From Caecitellus pseudoparvulus (lineage: Eukaryota; Protista; Bigyra: Bicosoecida), in assembly GCA_965644315.1 (NCBI GenBank), contig CBFFRQ010000069.1, positions 1,054,001-1,118,000 of the forward strand: a stretch of 64,000 nucleotides of DNA, read 5' to 3'. Both the position numbers and the translations under genes were made by a program. The notes beneath the pieces are model-generated. The model searched no databases. It saw only the letters and a program-made list of their open reading frames with translations, and was not told the origin of the DNA. Below are positions 42,091 to 53,800 of this stretch, piece after piece. Numbering within the stretch: the first letter of the stretch is position 1; each line of letters begins with the position of its first letter.

Positions 42091-43533
42091 CTATGTGGTC
42101 CCGCCCCCCGCGCCATCCCCTGCAATGGAGCGCATTTGCAGCGTGGGGGAATGTTCGGTTGAACCATACGAGCCATGGCTGTGCCCCTGGCCATGGCTGT
42201 GTCCGTGGCCATGGCTGTGCCCGTGCGAGGCATCGATGTGACCGGGGTCTGAGGAGCGAATGATACCGCCGCACCCCTCCACGTGCACGTCAGCTACTCT
42301 GGGCGGCGCCACCGTGACGTGCACCTGCCCACAGTCAGCACAGGCGGGCGGGAGGCAAGAGTGGTGACCCTGTGCCCCCCCGCTGCCAGACCTGCCTGAC
42401 CGACAGCGCTCACGCAGCTTGGTTGCGTCAGCCTCCGACAGGTCCACCTTGAGCTCACAGGGAGTGCCTGAAGCGGCGCACAGCTGCACGTCTTCAGTAC
42501 CACACCGCTCAACCTGAACTGTGGGGTGGGCAATCTTGTGTTCCTTGGCCACCGCGAGGGCTTGCTTGAGGGCAGCGGTGGCGTCGTCAGCGACGATATG
42601 CACGGTCATGATGGAGACATTGGGAGACAAGCCCCAAACGTGCAAATCGTGGACGTTGGAGACGCCTGGGATGTGCTGCAAGTCTTGCAGGAGGCCGATG
42701 ACGTCCACGCCCGGGGGGGAGGCGTTCATGAGCACCCCCAGCGACGTCCTGACGACGGTGAAAGTGGAGAACAGCACCAGGATGGAGAAGACGAAGGTAG
42801 TGATGGGGTCAGCCAGGTGCCATGCCGGCTTCACCCAGATGATGATCGCCGCGATCATGACGCCAATGCTCTGAATCAAGTCCCCCACCACGTGGATGAA
42901 GGCGGCCGTGACGGCCAAGCTGCTGCCATTGTCACCATGAGAGTGCCCACCGTGGGAGTGCCCACCTCCACCACCATGGGAGTGTCCTCCATGGGAGTGG
43001 CCACTGTCACCACCGTGGGAGTGGCCACCATGGGAGTGGCCCTCTCCGCCACCGTGGGAGTGGCCCAGCGTCAAGAGCAGCGCGACGTTCATGACCAGCC
43101 CGAGCGTCGCGGTAATGAACATGACCAAGCCATCCACCTCCTCTGGGTGGAGCACGCGCTGCACAGCCTCAAAGACAAGCGCCGTGACCATGATGGCGAC
43201 GAGCGCCATGCTGGCCATTGCACCCAGCACCTCCATCCTTGCGTAGCCAAAGGTGTGCGACGCAGAGGGCGGGCGCTCAGACATGTAAATGGCAGCCAGA
43301 GAAATGGCAAGCGCAATCACATCAGCAAGCATGTGGGCGGCGTCAGTGAAGATGGCCAGGGAGCCACTCAAGGCTCCGCCGATGCCTTCGCCCAGCATCA
43401 ACAGCGTGCAGAGGATAAGGCTGATCCACAGCTTGCGCTTCGCCGCGGCATTTCGAGTGGGCGGAAGGGGTTTATGCAGGAGCGCGCTAGCCGCTTCACC
43501 CCCCCCGAGAAGCGTGGCGTCTTCAAGCGACAT
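42091..43533 (-). CDS. Cation diffusion facilitator zinc transporter (ZnT2/MTP1-like)
   Basis: SLAIFTDAAHMLAD, TFGYAR.EVLGA, His-rich loop, AAFIHVVGDLIQSIGV, ADPITT and VHDLHVW. Confidence 0.93.
   Translation of the reverse strand: MSLEDATLLGGGEAASALLHKPLPPTRNAAAKRKLWISLILCTLLMLGEGIGGALSGSLAIFTDAAHMLADVIALAISLAAIYMSERPPSASHTFGYARMEVLGAMASMALVAIMVTALVFEAVQRVLHPEEVDGLVMFITATLGLVMNVALLLTLGHSHGGGEGHSHGGHSHGGDSGHSHGGHSHGGGGGHSHGGHSHGDNGSSLAVTAAFIHVVGDLIQSIGVMIAAIIIWVKPAWHLADPITTFVFSILVLFSTFTVVRTSLGVLMNASPPGVDVIGLLQDLQHIPGVSNVHDLHVWGLSPNVSIMTVHIVADDATAALKQALAVAKEHKIAHPTVQVERCGTEDVQLCAASGTPCELKVDLSEADATKLRERCRSGRSGSGGAQGHHSCLPPACADCGQVHVTVAPPRVADVHVEGCGGIIRSSDPGHIDASHGHSHGHGHSHGQGHSHGSYGSTEHSPTLQMRSIAGDGAGGGTT
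42931..43065 (-). repeat. Coding tandem repeat (G)HSHGG in the CDF His-rich loop
   Basis: Seven HSHG units, seen as recurrent (a/g)tgggagtg on the + strand. Confidence 0.85.
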
Positions 43534-43990
43534 GGGCGTGGTGTGTGCGCTGGGTGTGGCAGACGAAACGCCGACAGTACCGCTTTGAATGCGGTGCTGG
43601 CACGTGTGGCTTTGTATCGTGCGAGGGCTCGAGGTTCCCTCACTGGAGCACATGAATTGCTCTTCTTGCGTTGGGTTTTGTCTTGGCCGTGTAGTGGTGC
43701 GGGGTTGCAAGTGCGGCTTGTGCCTGGTTCTCGGCTTCGAGACCAGAACCCTGGGGCAGTTGTGGGCGGCTTCCAGAAGAGCAAGCAACGCATGCAAGGC
43801 AACCCAGGAGTGTGCCGGGACATCACGACTGTACGTCTGGCAGCAGCTGCCATTGGGCGGGGTTTCTTGGGGAGGCAAGGCCCACTTTCTGGACTACGGG
43901 CCGTTTCCAACGTGCAACGGCAAGCTCCACAAGAGAATGGCGGCCACAAGAGTTGTGTCGCGGTGCATTGCGACTGTTCTAGCGCATGGA

Positions 43991-46464
43991 TCAAATGTCT
44001 GCATGGCCCGGGTACCTGGGGAAGGGAATGACGTCCCGGATGTTGAGGGTACCAGTGGCAAACATGACCAGGCGCTCGAAGCCAACGCCGAAGCCGGCAT
44101 GAGGCACAGTGCCGTACTTGCGCAGCTGGGTGTACCACTCCATGCTCTCTGGCTCCACGCCACTCTCACGCATGCGAGTCTTGAGCAGCTCCTCACGCTC
44201 CTCGCGCACAGATCCTCCCACCAGCTCGCCAATGCGAGGCACCAGCACGTCCAGAGCAGCCACTGTCTTGCCATCATCGTTCAGGCGCATGTAGAAAGCC
44301 TTGATGTCCTTGGGGTAGTTGTAGATGATAGTGGGCTTCTTAAACACAACCTCAGTCAGGTACCGCTCGTGTTCAGAGTCCAGGTCGATGCCCCAGAACG
44401 GCTTTGTCACGAACTTGGCCTTCTTGAGGACAGCCGGCTCTGTCAGCTTCGCCACGGCGTCGGTGTAGGAGATGCGGGCGAAGTTGGAGTTGGCGACGTT
44501 GGCCAGGCGCTCCTTGAGCCCCTTCTCCACGAACTTGTCGAAGAAGGCCATGTCCTCTGCACAGTGCGTGAGGACGTACTTGGCGCAGTAGCGCACGAAG
44601 TCCTCAGCCAAGTCCATGTCCTCCTGCAAGCCAGCGAAGGCGATCTCCGGCTCGATCATCCAGAACTCTGCCAAGTGCCGGGAGGTGTGGCTGTTCTCGG
44701 CGCGGAAGGTAGGCCCAAACGTGTACACATCCGACATGGAGCACGCGAAAGCTTCCACCTGCAGCTGCCCAGAGACGGTGAGGGAGGCTGGGCGCCCGAA
44801 GAAGTCCTTGCTGTAGTCAATGCTGCCGTCGGGCAGGCGGGGCAGCTGCTGCTTGGGGTCTTGCGGCAGCAGGGTCGTCACGGCAAACTGCTCGCCGGCG
44901 CCTTCACAATCCGAGGTGGAGATGAGGGGCGTGTGGATGTACTGGAACCCTCGCTCCTGGTAGAAACGGTGGGTGGCAATGGCAAGTGCGTTGCGCACGC
45001 GCGTCGTGGCTCCCATGATGTTGCTGCGTGGGCGCAGGTGCTGCATCTCGCGCAGGCGCTCAGGGTTGATGCGGCCCTTCGCCATGGGGTACTCAGCAGC
45101 CACGTTCCCGCCCAGCACCTTCACGGAGGTGGCGTCCAGGTCAATGAGCTGGCCCTTGCCGCCTGACTTGACCACTGTGCCGGTCACGAGGAAGCAGGAG
45201 CCAGTGCCGCCAGCAGACTTCACGGCAGCCATGTCAGGGCACTGGGCGCTCTTCACGACCACCTGCAGCGACCCGAAGCAGGAGCCGTCTGACAGGGCGA
45301 TGAAGGCGAGGTCCTTGGCTGCCTCGCGCACCGTGCGTGCCCAGCCACCCACAGTGACCGTGTTGCCCACGGCAGCGAGTCCCTGGTGCAGCACATCTGC
45401 GATGCGCTGGCGCTGGCGTGTGAACATGGGGTTGTCCAGAGCCACCGTGCCGGTGTGCACGTTGGCAAGGGCAGGCACGCCCGCGGGGGCAGCAGCGCCA
45501 GCACCAGCGGCAGCGGCCGCAGGCTTGACAGCAGGGACTGTCGCAGGCGCGGCCTTCTTGGCCAGCTTTTGGGCCGCCGCCGCGCCAGCCTCAGGGGCGG
45601 GCTCGCCCATCAGCTGTACCGGGCCGAGGGCAGCAGCGACGCCGGGCGCATGCATGACGGTGAGGAACCAACGCGTGGTGTTCACCAGGGCAGAGCCGCG
45701 CACCTCCGTGGTGATGAATGACTCGAAGAGCGGCGCCACCGATACAGCCAGCGCGATGTCAGCGAGGGTGAGAGAATGCCCGACCAAGTACGTGTGCCCG
45801 AGCAAGTGCCCCTCGACAACGTCCAGGATCTGAGTCAGCTGCCCTGCGATTTCAGGACTAGGCTTGCTGGCGGCCTTCTTCTTCCCGCTGCCACCCTGGG
45901 GCGCCATCAGCGCCGCGGTGCGCGGGTCCACCTCGTGCGCCGAGAACTCCAGCCAGTCGTCCACCTGTGCTTGGCTTTCCAGAGAGCTGCCCTGCAGCTC
46001 CAAGTGCCCCGCCAGCCCAGAGAGGAAGTGCATGATTGCGCGTGCTCGAGGCAAGTTGCCCTTGGTGGTCTTCAGCACTGGCAGCGTCTTCTGTGGCACG
46101 CGGCGGCGGGCAAGCGGTCGTGGTGAGAGTGGCCGTGGCACGCAAGCTCTTGCCAAGGACGTGTGCCCCCCCTCACCTTCCCAAACATGTCCGTGGGCAA
46201 GACTTTCAGGTTCTTCACTTCCTCAACTGCGATGGCCATGCCTGTCGTCTTGGCCACGGCAAGAGCCTGCGAAAACGGCACGAAACCTGGTTGTAGGCAG
46301 GGCGTCCAATTTCCGCTGATACACTGCAAGCACACACCTTCCGGCAGCGCACATCGCTTGAGTTGACGAAGAGAGTCTGCGCCAGAAAGGCAGTGCCGAT
46401 GTCAGTGCAAGGTGTGCCAAGCTGGGCACCCCCGCTTGGCGCTGAACCTCACCAGCTCAGACAT
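43991..46464 (-). CDS. NARS: Asparaginyl-tRNA synthetase with N-terminal GST-like (EF1-gamma-type) domain; 3 introns, 12-nt first coding exon
   Basis: Spliced start MSEL|TLFVNSSDVRCRK|ALAVAK. GST-C QVDDWLEF...HTYLVGHSLTLADI...NTTRWFLT. AsnRS GWARTVR, DGSC, HLRPR, SDCEGAGE, LTVSGQL, FRAENS, HLAEFWMIEPE, YPKDIKAFYM and GFERL. Confidence 0.95.
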
Positions 46465-46843
46465 GGCGTTGTGGTCTTGTTCTGCAGCCTTCGACGGGTA
46501 CTGTCTAAGCAGGGAGACAGCCAGCGGCACCGGGCAGGCCGTCAGCGCGCAATGCTCCTGAAGCCAGGCATGTGGTGGGCACTTAATGCACTCGCGTACG
46601 GATGTAAAGTAGACCTGGAAGGGGATTGAGCACTGTTGCTTCACTTGCGCGAGAGCGCACAAGTCCTGTCGCGCGCACTTTGCCTCCCAGCGCAAACACC
46701 CACAGCCTAGTACCACAGCGGGAGTTGCGTGGGATGAGTTCCTGCCCCAGACTCACATCCTACACCTTGGCACTGGTTTCTAGACTCCGGCACCGCCCTG
46801 CCTGTGCGTTGCCATACGTTGCCGCAAGAGACCCACGAGCACC

Positions 46844-47552
46844 ATGGTGTTTGCTGCGCCAGTGGCCTTACTGGCATACAGCCGGCGATTCCGGCAGATC
46901 GCGTACGAAAACAAGCAAGGATTTTTTAACTTGGCCATCGGATCGTTTGCCACTGTCCTTGCTTTGCGCAACATTCGCACTACTGTACGGGTGCTGCAAG
47001 CAATTTCCGCACACAGCTGCTGCCGCACCCTGCTGCCGCATGCTGTGACAGGCAAGCCTGAAAGAGTCGCAGCAAATGTATGAGAACAAGCAAGCGGAAC
47101 TTAATGCTATCCAGGAGGCTGTGTCGTCAGCGGAGTTTGGCCAGGCACTGCGGGTCGCAGCTCGTGAGTTCCTCCACGCGTGTTGCGACGAGCTCCGTGC
47201 CCTCATCCGCGAGGGTGCCCCTTCCTTGCGTGCAGAGAGCACCGATGCAGCCCAGCAGGGAGATGCCATGGTGGCAGTGGTGAAGGCCGTGCTGTTGGAT
47301 GCAAAGGAGCGGGCTGCAGCGCACCTCGAAATGCGCCCTGAGGCCCGTGGCCCGATCATGAGCATGGTGCACCGGGTGCAGCGCGTGTTTTCGTCAATGT
47401 TGCCGCAAACTGGCGAAGGGGGCGCAGAGGATGCAGACCACGGACCAGATGGATCTGGTGCCGTGCACACCGAGTTCAAGGTGCCCATCTCGGCGCCTGC
47501 AAAGCCGACGGATGTCGTGGCAGGGGACGGCTCCGTCAAGGGGTGGCGTTGA
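46844..47552 (+). CDS. Hypothetical single-TM coiled-coil protein; one intron
   Basis: MVFAAP...FFNLAIGSFATVLALR, then phase-0 intron GTACGG...GACAG in frame with ORF 47076..47552. Confidence 0.6.
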
Positions 47553-47823
47553 GGTAGCGCCCGTTCAAATGCGTGCGCGGCACTAGTAGCACGGGGCTGC
47601 ACCTGGGTTAAACCATGGACAGGTTTGCCAGCCCCTGCATGGCGCTCGCGGGGCTGCTGTCTCCAGTCCCCCCTCCCAAGCAATTCATGCACAGGCGCAG
47701 TCCGCCCGTGCGAACGCAAGCTTAAGGCGTCCATGCACCACGTGGACCTGGCATTTCCATTGCATTGTCATAGTTAAAACGCAAGCACGACTGCAATCCT
47801 CGGGCGCGGGCGGCTGAGGCTGG

Positions 47824-50800
47824 TCAGTACTTGAGAGAGGTGAAAGCTGCGACACCCGCCTTGATCCAGGCAGCACTGTCTGCCTTGCCGACATCGTTCA
47901 TGACGTCCCCACGGTCTGAAGGCAGCTCCACCCACATAATGAAGTTGGACGAGTGCCCAGTCGTAGCCAGCACCCCCCACCGCGAAAGGATCTTGTACAC
48001 AGGGCACCGGTACACGCCCTTGGCTGGTGGCTTGCGGAACTGAGCAGGCTCCAGGTGCATGGCGGGCAGCACTGTGAACAGCTGCTTGGGGATCGAATCG
48101 TCCAGAACATGCTTGTTGCTGTTCCACCGCGCGCCCTCGAGGTACAGCCCGCGGATGTAGCAGCCGTCCTCAGGCTTCTCAGTGAGCTCTTGCCACGGCG
48201 TGTCCACGACGTGGTAGTTGAACTCGATGGTGTCGATGGGGAACTGCTCCCGCCGGGCGTAGTTCTGCAGGGTGCCGGTCAGGAACGCCTGGGGGAAGTA
48301 GAAACCGCCAATCCAGAACACTGCGGGGGGGCCGTTGTCCACCCACTCCTGGATGAATGCCAGGCGAGCAAGGAGCTCCGTCACCCACGCCCCCAGCGGC
48401 TTCAAACAAGGGTACGCCTTTGCATCCCACATTGCTGGGATCTTCTGTGCAAGCATGGCGGTGCCCATTGCATCCAGCTCAGCAGACATGACCACTTCGC
48501 CCTTGAGCGCCCGGCGCAGCTCAGGCAGTGTGGAGCGCATGACCTCCAGCAAGCGGTTGTACCGGATGCACTCCTGCACCAGCACCGTGTTCATGCTCTC
48601 CTCGTACAGCACCGGGTACATCATGTTGATGGCCTCAACGTCGAAGGGGGTGGGCAGGCGCTCGAAGATGTCCGCAGCCAACTCATCAATGACTTCCTCC
48701 CGTGCCTTCCCTGCGCCAGCTGCCGCACGGGGTGCCATGGACACCAGCGTGTCGAACATGTCGAAGGTCTCGTTGCGGTCACACGTGATGTCAGCGTTCG
48801 GGTGCAAGCCAAACACTTCCGGGTCTGGGTTGCGGGGCAGGCTGTCCAGATACTCCATGATGCTGCGCTGGGGCGTTTCCTCGTCCATTGGCGGGGACAT
48901 GTACACCCCCGAGGGGGACAGGGGGTAGCCATCCTCCAGCATGTCTTCGCAGAAGTAGTCCCTCATGATGATGTCAATGAGGCGCAGGTCCACACTGTCA
49001 GTCACCCGCCCACCGTAGTTGATGTAGGAGGTGAGGAAGTGCAGCACCTGGTACGGGATCTCTTCGTACTCGTCGACGTACAGCTCCAGCTGGCGCTTGG
49101 AGATGTCCAGGTCGGACAAGTTGAACTCATACGGCTTGTTCCAGCCCAGTGGCCCGAACTTCTTGCGCTCCTGCACGATGGCATGGAAGAAGGACAAGCC
49201 GAAGAGCAGCTTGCGGTACGCATACGGGTTGTTTGTGGCCGAGAGCGACTCGTCTGTCTGCCCGTAGAAGAACCCAGCCATGTTCTTGCGCAGGCCTTTT
49301 GGAGGCTCCATGGTCATCTTCACGCCGTTTTGCAGCACAGACACGGGGAACGACTTGCTGGGCATGGACGTCAGCCACAGGCGGAAGTCAGAGGACACCT
49401 GGTCGGGGTCGATGGCCTCGCACAGCCGCTCCAAGTCAGTCATCCAGCTGGATGCCAAGTGGCAGTTCTGCAGCAGCACCCACCGCCCCTCAGTCTTGGC
49501 GCGCTCAATGAGGGCTGTGGCGGCCTCACCTTGTCCCTGCCCGAGAGAGATACTGTCAACCTTCTCCCGCATGCCAATTCCCTCCGCGTACTCGTAGAAG
49601 GAGGAGGTCGGGTCAGACCCCGTGCTGAGGACGAAGATGAGCGGGGACGCGACATGGGAGTCCTCAAAGCAGGCATTTAAGTCAAAGTTGGGCGGATCAA
49701 CGAACTCGGCCCCAAGGTTGGCCACGACGAAGTCCTGCACTGCCAGTGTAATCTTGTCTGGCCGCAAGCAGCGCAGCAGCACCAGGTGCTGCAACTTCGT
49801 GACTCCGGCCCACTTGGCTGGCAGGTCAACTTTGTGTGCCTGGGTGCCGTCGAAAATGGCACGGTAGGCGGCCATGTTGGCCACGACGTCCTCATGCAGC
49901 CCTGTGAAGGCCGGCAGAGTGCTTGCCAAGACCAGTTCCGACCACATCTGCGCCGTGATCCAACTCTCGTCGGGATTCGGCGGCATGTCCTCGGGGGCAA
50001 CCGGGCGGGAGCCCACCCCAGCAATGAGGAACCCCCACTCGCCGGCGTCGATTTTGCCGTCCCCTTGCATGATGCGTACAGACATGAGGAAGGAGAACAG
50101 CAGCTTGTGGCGCTCGAAGAGGGACCGGCAGACATTGCGGTACATCAGCGCGGTGAAGAAGTCATTCAAGTTTGTGATGCGGTCAGGGATGGCATCTGCA
50201 GGCTCCGAGTTGCGGATACCATTCACGAAGAGGTTCGTGAACCACTGCAAGGAGTACTGGTACATGGGGTCGACGCCAGAAAGGTCAGCAATGCAGAAAT
50301 ACAGCACAGAGGCGCGGAATGCGACAGGGCGGTACTGCTCTCGTGTCGCATCAATCTGCATGTTGGTTTCCTCCGCAGCGGCAACCTGCGTCTTGATGTC
50401 CTCGGACGTGACCTTGGACTTGGCCAGCGTGTCAATGAGCTCTTCATCATCCAGGATGTTATCGGAGGAGGAGGAGGACAGCAAGTACAGGATGCGGTTC
50501 TCGATGTCCTGCAGCTCCCGCTTCATGCGGGACATGTCCATGATCAAGGTGTTCTTGCGGTCCTCCAGCTCTGGCATCTCATTCACCACGAACACGCCCA
50601 GCATTTGATCCTCCAGGCCGGACGGCGTGATGGTGAAGTTCAGCAAGGACACCTTCACACACACCTCAGGTGGGTAGTGGGGGTTGGGCAACGTCGTCGT
50701 CATGAAGAAGCGGAAGCCATCGCCGTATGGGATCACCGTCTCCCCCAGCTTGATCATGGCTGCCCCACCCTGCAAGAACGTCTGTTGCAGCAGCACCGGC

Positions 50801-53800
50801 TCCAGGGAAGCGTCGATGCTTTCCCCAACATTCTCCAGCAGCACCCACCGCCCAAAACGCAGTGCACTCTCCAGGTTTTGTGTGAACCGCTTCTCGCTGG
50901 TGCGGAGCACCTCCAAACCACTAGGCGCGTTCTCCACGTCCTTGCCCATGTTCTTAATGTAGCGGTTTGCCTGTCCTTGCGGGTCAATGAGCAGTGGCCA
51001 GCGGCGAGCCTTCCACATGATGATGCCGTTCTCAACGGAGTGGGAGTCAGCAGGCAGACCCGCGATGTTCCAAGCGCGCACCTGCACCGGGTCTGCCAGC
51101 ACGCTGTGCACATTGGCACCGGGGGTGTGGGGCAGCTGCAGGCGCTGCAGCTCGCCCTGCCAGTGAGACACCAGGCGCTGGCGGAAATCAGACGTGAAAG
51201 CCCCCAGGTACGCAATGGTGCCCGAGGCGATGAGGGCGTCGCCCACAAGGTTGTCAAAGTCCACGCCCAGCTTGGCAACTGTGCTTTCCCAGCGGTCCTT
51301 TTCGCCTCCAAGGCCTCCAATGAGCTTACCAGCTCTGCCCAAACGAGCTTCGCACTGGTCCACTTCGTGGACCAGGTCATCCTTCTGCTTGTTCTTCGCC
51401 TCAAAGGCAGCCTGCAGGTCAGAGAGTTTGCCTTCGATTTCAGCAAGGCGCCCTTTCGCTTGCGCCAGCTTGGCCATGGTCTCGTCTAGCTTTGCCTGGG
51501 CCTCGCGCAGGCGCTGGCGCTTGGGCTCCACTTCCCGCGAAATGATGTGGTACGTGTACATGGCGCGGACCCACATGCAGATGCCGTGGCAAGCAGTGGA
51601 CGACCGCTTGACGTTGTCTGGGTCGAAGGTGGGGTCATCCATGAAGGGCTCGATCTGCGTGATGATTGACTCCTTGATGTCGTCTTTCTCGTACTCCAGC
51701 ATTTCCTTCAGCAAGGCGTTGCCATCAGCTAGCAAATTGGCGCGTGCTGCAGCCCAGTAGTCCGACTTCTTCTTGGAAGGGTTTTCAGGGTCTTGCACTC
51801 GGACAGGAGGAACCTGGAACATCACACAGGCAGCATGCATGGTCATGGCCACCGCCGGCACGACATTCTTAAAGCTGCGCACTTCGTCAATGTCCTTCTT
51901 CTTCAGCTTCTGCACGCATTCTGTGGCGGCAGCCAGAGCGGGCAGGGCACGGTCCAAGTCTGCTTGCGCATCGTCAGCGATGGCCTTCGTCTCTGCAGCC
52001 ATCTTGGAAGCCTCTGCCTCTTCAGCTTCGACTTGCACCTTGGTCTCCGCGGCAACCTCGCGGTCCTTGTCAATCTGCTCAATCATGGCCGCGACCTTCA
52101 CCTGCGTGTCGGCCAGCACCGGCTGCTTCTCCTGCAACTCAGCACGCAGAGTGGCGACGACCTCAGAAGTCGATGCAAGCTTGTCCAACCCTACTTGCAA
52201 GCGGCTGCGCAGCGTCCCAACCTCCTCACGCTTGTCCTTCAACACCCGCTTGAACGTGGAAAGCAGCTCCAGGTAGCTCGTGGGCGTGACATAGTTGTAC
52301 CGCCGCAAGGCCTCCTTGAAATCCACAGACGCGTCAGCGACTCCCTGGTGCACGCCTTGGAAGAACTGCACGCAGGCGCCCATGCTGTCACCAAGGTCCA
52401 GCCCAGCATCCGAGAGGGATGACGCAGCCACCGACTCCAAGGCTTCGTCTGGCCAGTCAGAGAACCAGTTGATGGTGCAGCAATTCACCAGCGCCGGGAA
52501 CATGCGCAGACGGTCACGGAATGCATCCCCCATGGGGGACATGCACATGACCACGTGAATGTTAGCTCGGACTCGCAGAAGGTACTGTGAGAACATGTTG
52601 ATCTTCGTCGCGTCAATGCGGCGAGACTGGCACTCCCGCCGGCACACTGAGTAAATGGCTTCGAAGTCTTCCTCCGCATAGAGATTGGGGACATCTCCCG
52701 AGTTCAGGACGTTGTTAATGTCCTCCACCATGCCTTCGAAGGTGATCTGCGTGTCGGTGAAGAGGAACACAATCTGTTTCTGCTCCACACCAGCCTGCAT
52801 CAGGCAAGTCTTGATGTCCTCGCGCCACTCATTGAGGCCATAGCCCTTGGACACCTCCACTTGGAAGAGGGAGTAGTCAGCCATGAAGGTGGCCAGGCGG
52901 GCCAGGGACTGGCGGCCTGAGCCGCCGACACCCAACAGCAGGCAGTTCCCTTGTGGCTGCCTGAGGACACGGGCAATACGGGAGACATTCTCCACGGCAT
53001 CCATGAAGAGCACCAAGTCCATGGGGGACTTGGAGTCCACATTGTGGTCATTCAGGTACTCCTGCACGATTGGAATGACTCGGTCAACATCACGCGCCTC
53101 CTCGTACACGCGCGGGTCAGCGCCGGGTCTGAGGTAGTCACCGAACAGGAGCCTCTTGCCAATGTCCAGCTCATCCCAGCTCTTGCCAACATGGGACACC
53201 AGTGCTTCCTTCAGGTGGTCATCAAACCAAGTCCGGTCCGCCTCTGACACCAGGCGGTCTGCAAACACCCGTCGTGACTCATGCACCCACAAGCGCAGGA
53301 ACCCCGCCCAGCTGTCAATGCGCCGTGCATCTGCCATGAGCAGGCCCTGGAAGACTTTGCCCAAGTCTCGCAAGTTGAATGTGTAGTGCGGCTTGGAAGG
53401 AGTGGGCTTCAGGCTAGTGATGGCAGTGTTGTACATGTTGATGGTTGCGTGTGAGATGCCGCCAGCCAGAGCTTGCGTGGCCTCGTCGAAGCCAGCCTTG
53501 GTCAAGAAGTTGGACAGAATGGTGGAGAAGATGGTGAACATGCTCTCATCGTCCATGGGCGTGTAGTTGATGACGTTGAAGTGCCTGATCATGCGGGCGG
53601 TGATGGGGTTGCGACCTCCACCAGGGGGCCCCATCGCGGCCAGCAGGATCGTGTCCACAATCTTGCGGAAGCTGCGCTCCTTGCGGTCATACCACCCGCC
53701 ATAGTCGCACCACTGGCGCAGCAACTCAATGGGAGGCTGGGCGAAATACTTCTCCCGCTGGGGCATGTTCAAGTCGTCCACGAACAAGACATAGTACGTT

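Noticed and set aside
43534-43878. N-terminal 115-aa extension of the ZnT ORF
   Set aside because: It lies in the AsnRS 3'/ZnT promoter interval, has non-coding-like composition and contains a CAATTCA copy (43653-43659). ATG 43533 fits the family better.
37699-46464. GatB and AsnRS as a functional tRNA-Asn cluster
   Set aside because: Opposite strands, separated by two unrelated genes. Organellar GatB chiefly serves Gln-tRNA formation. There is no evidence beyond proximity.
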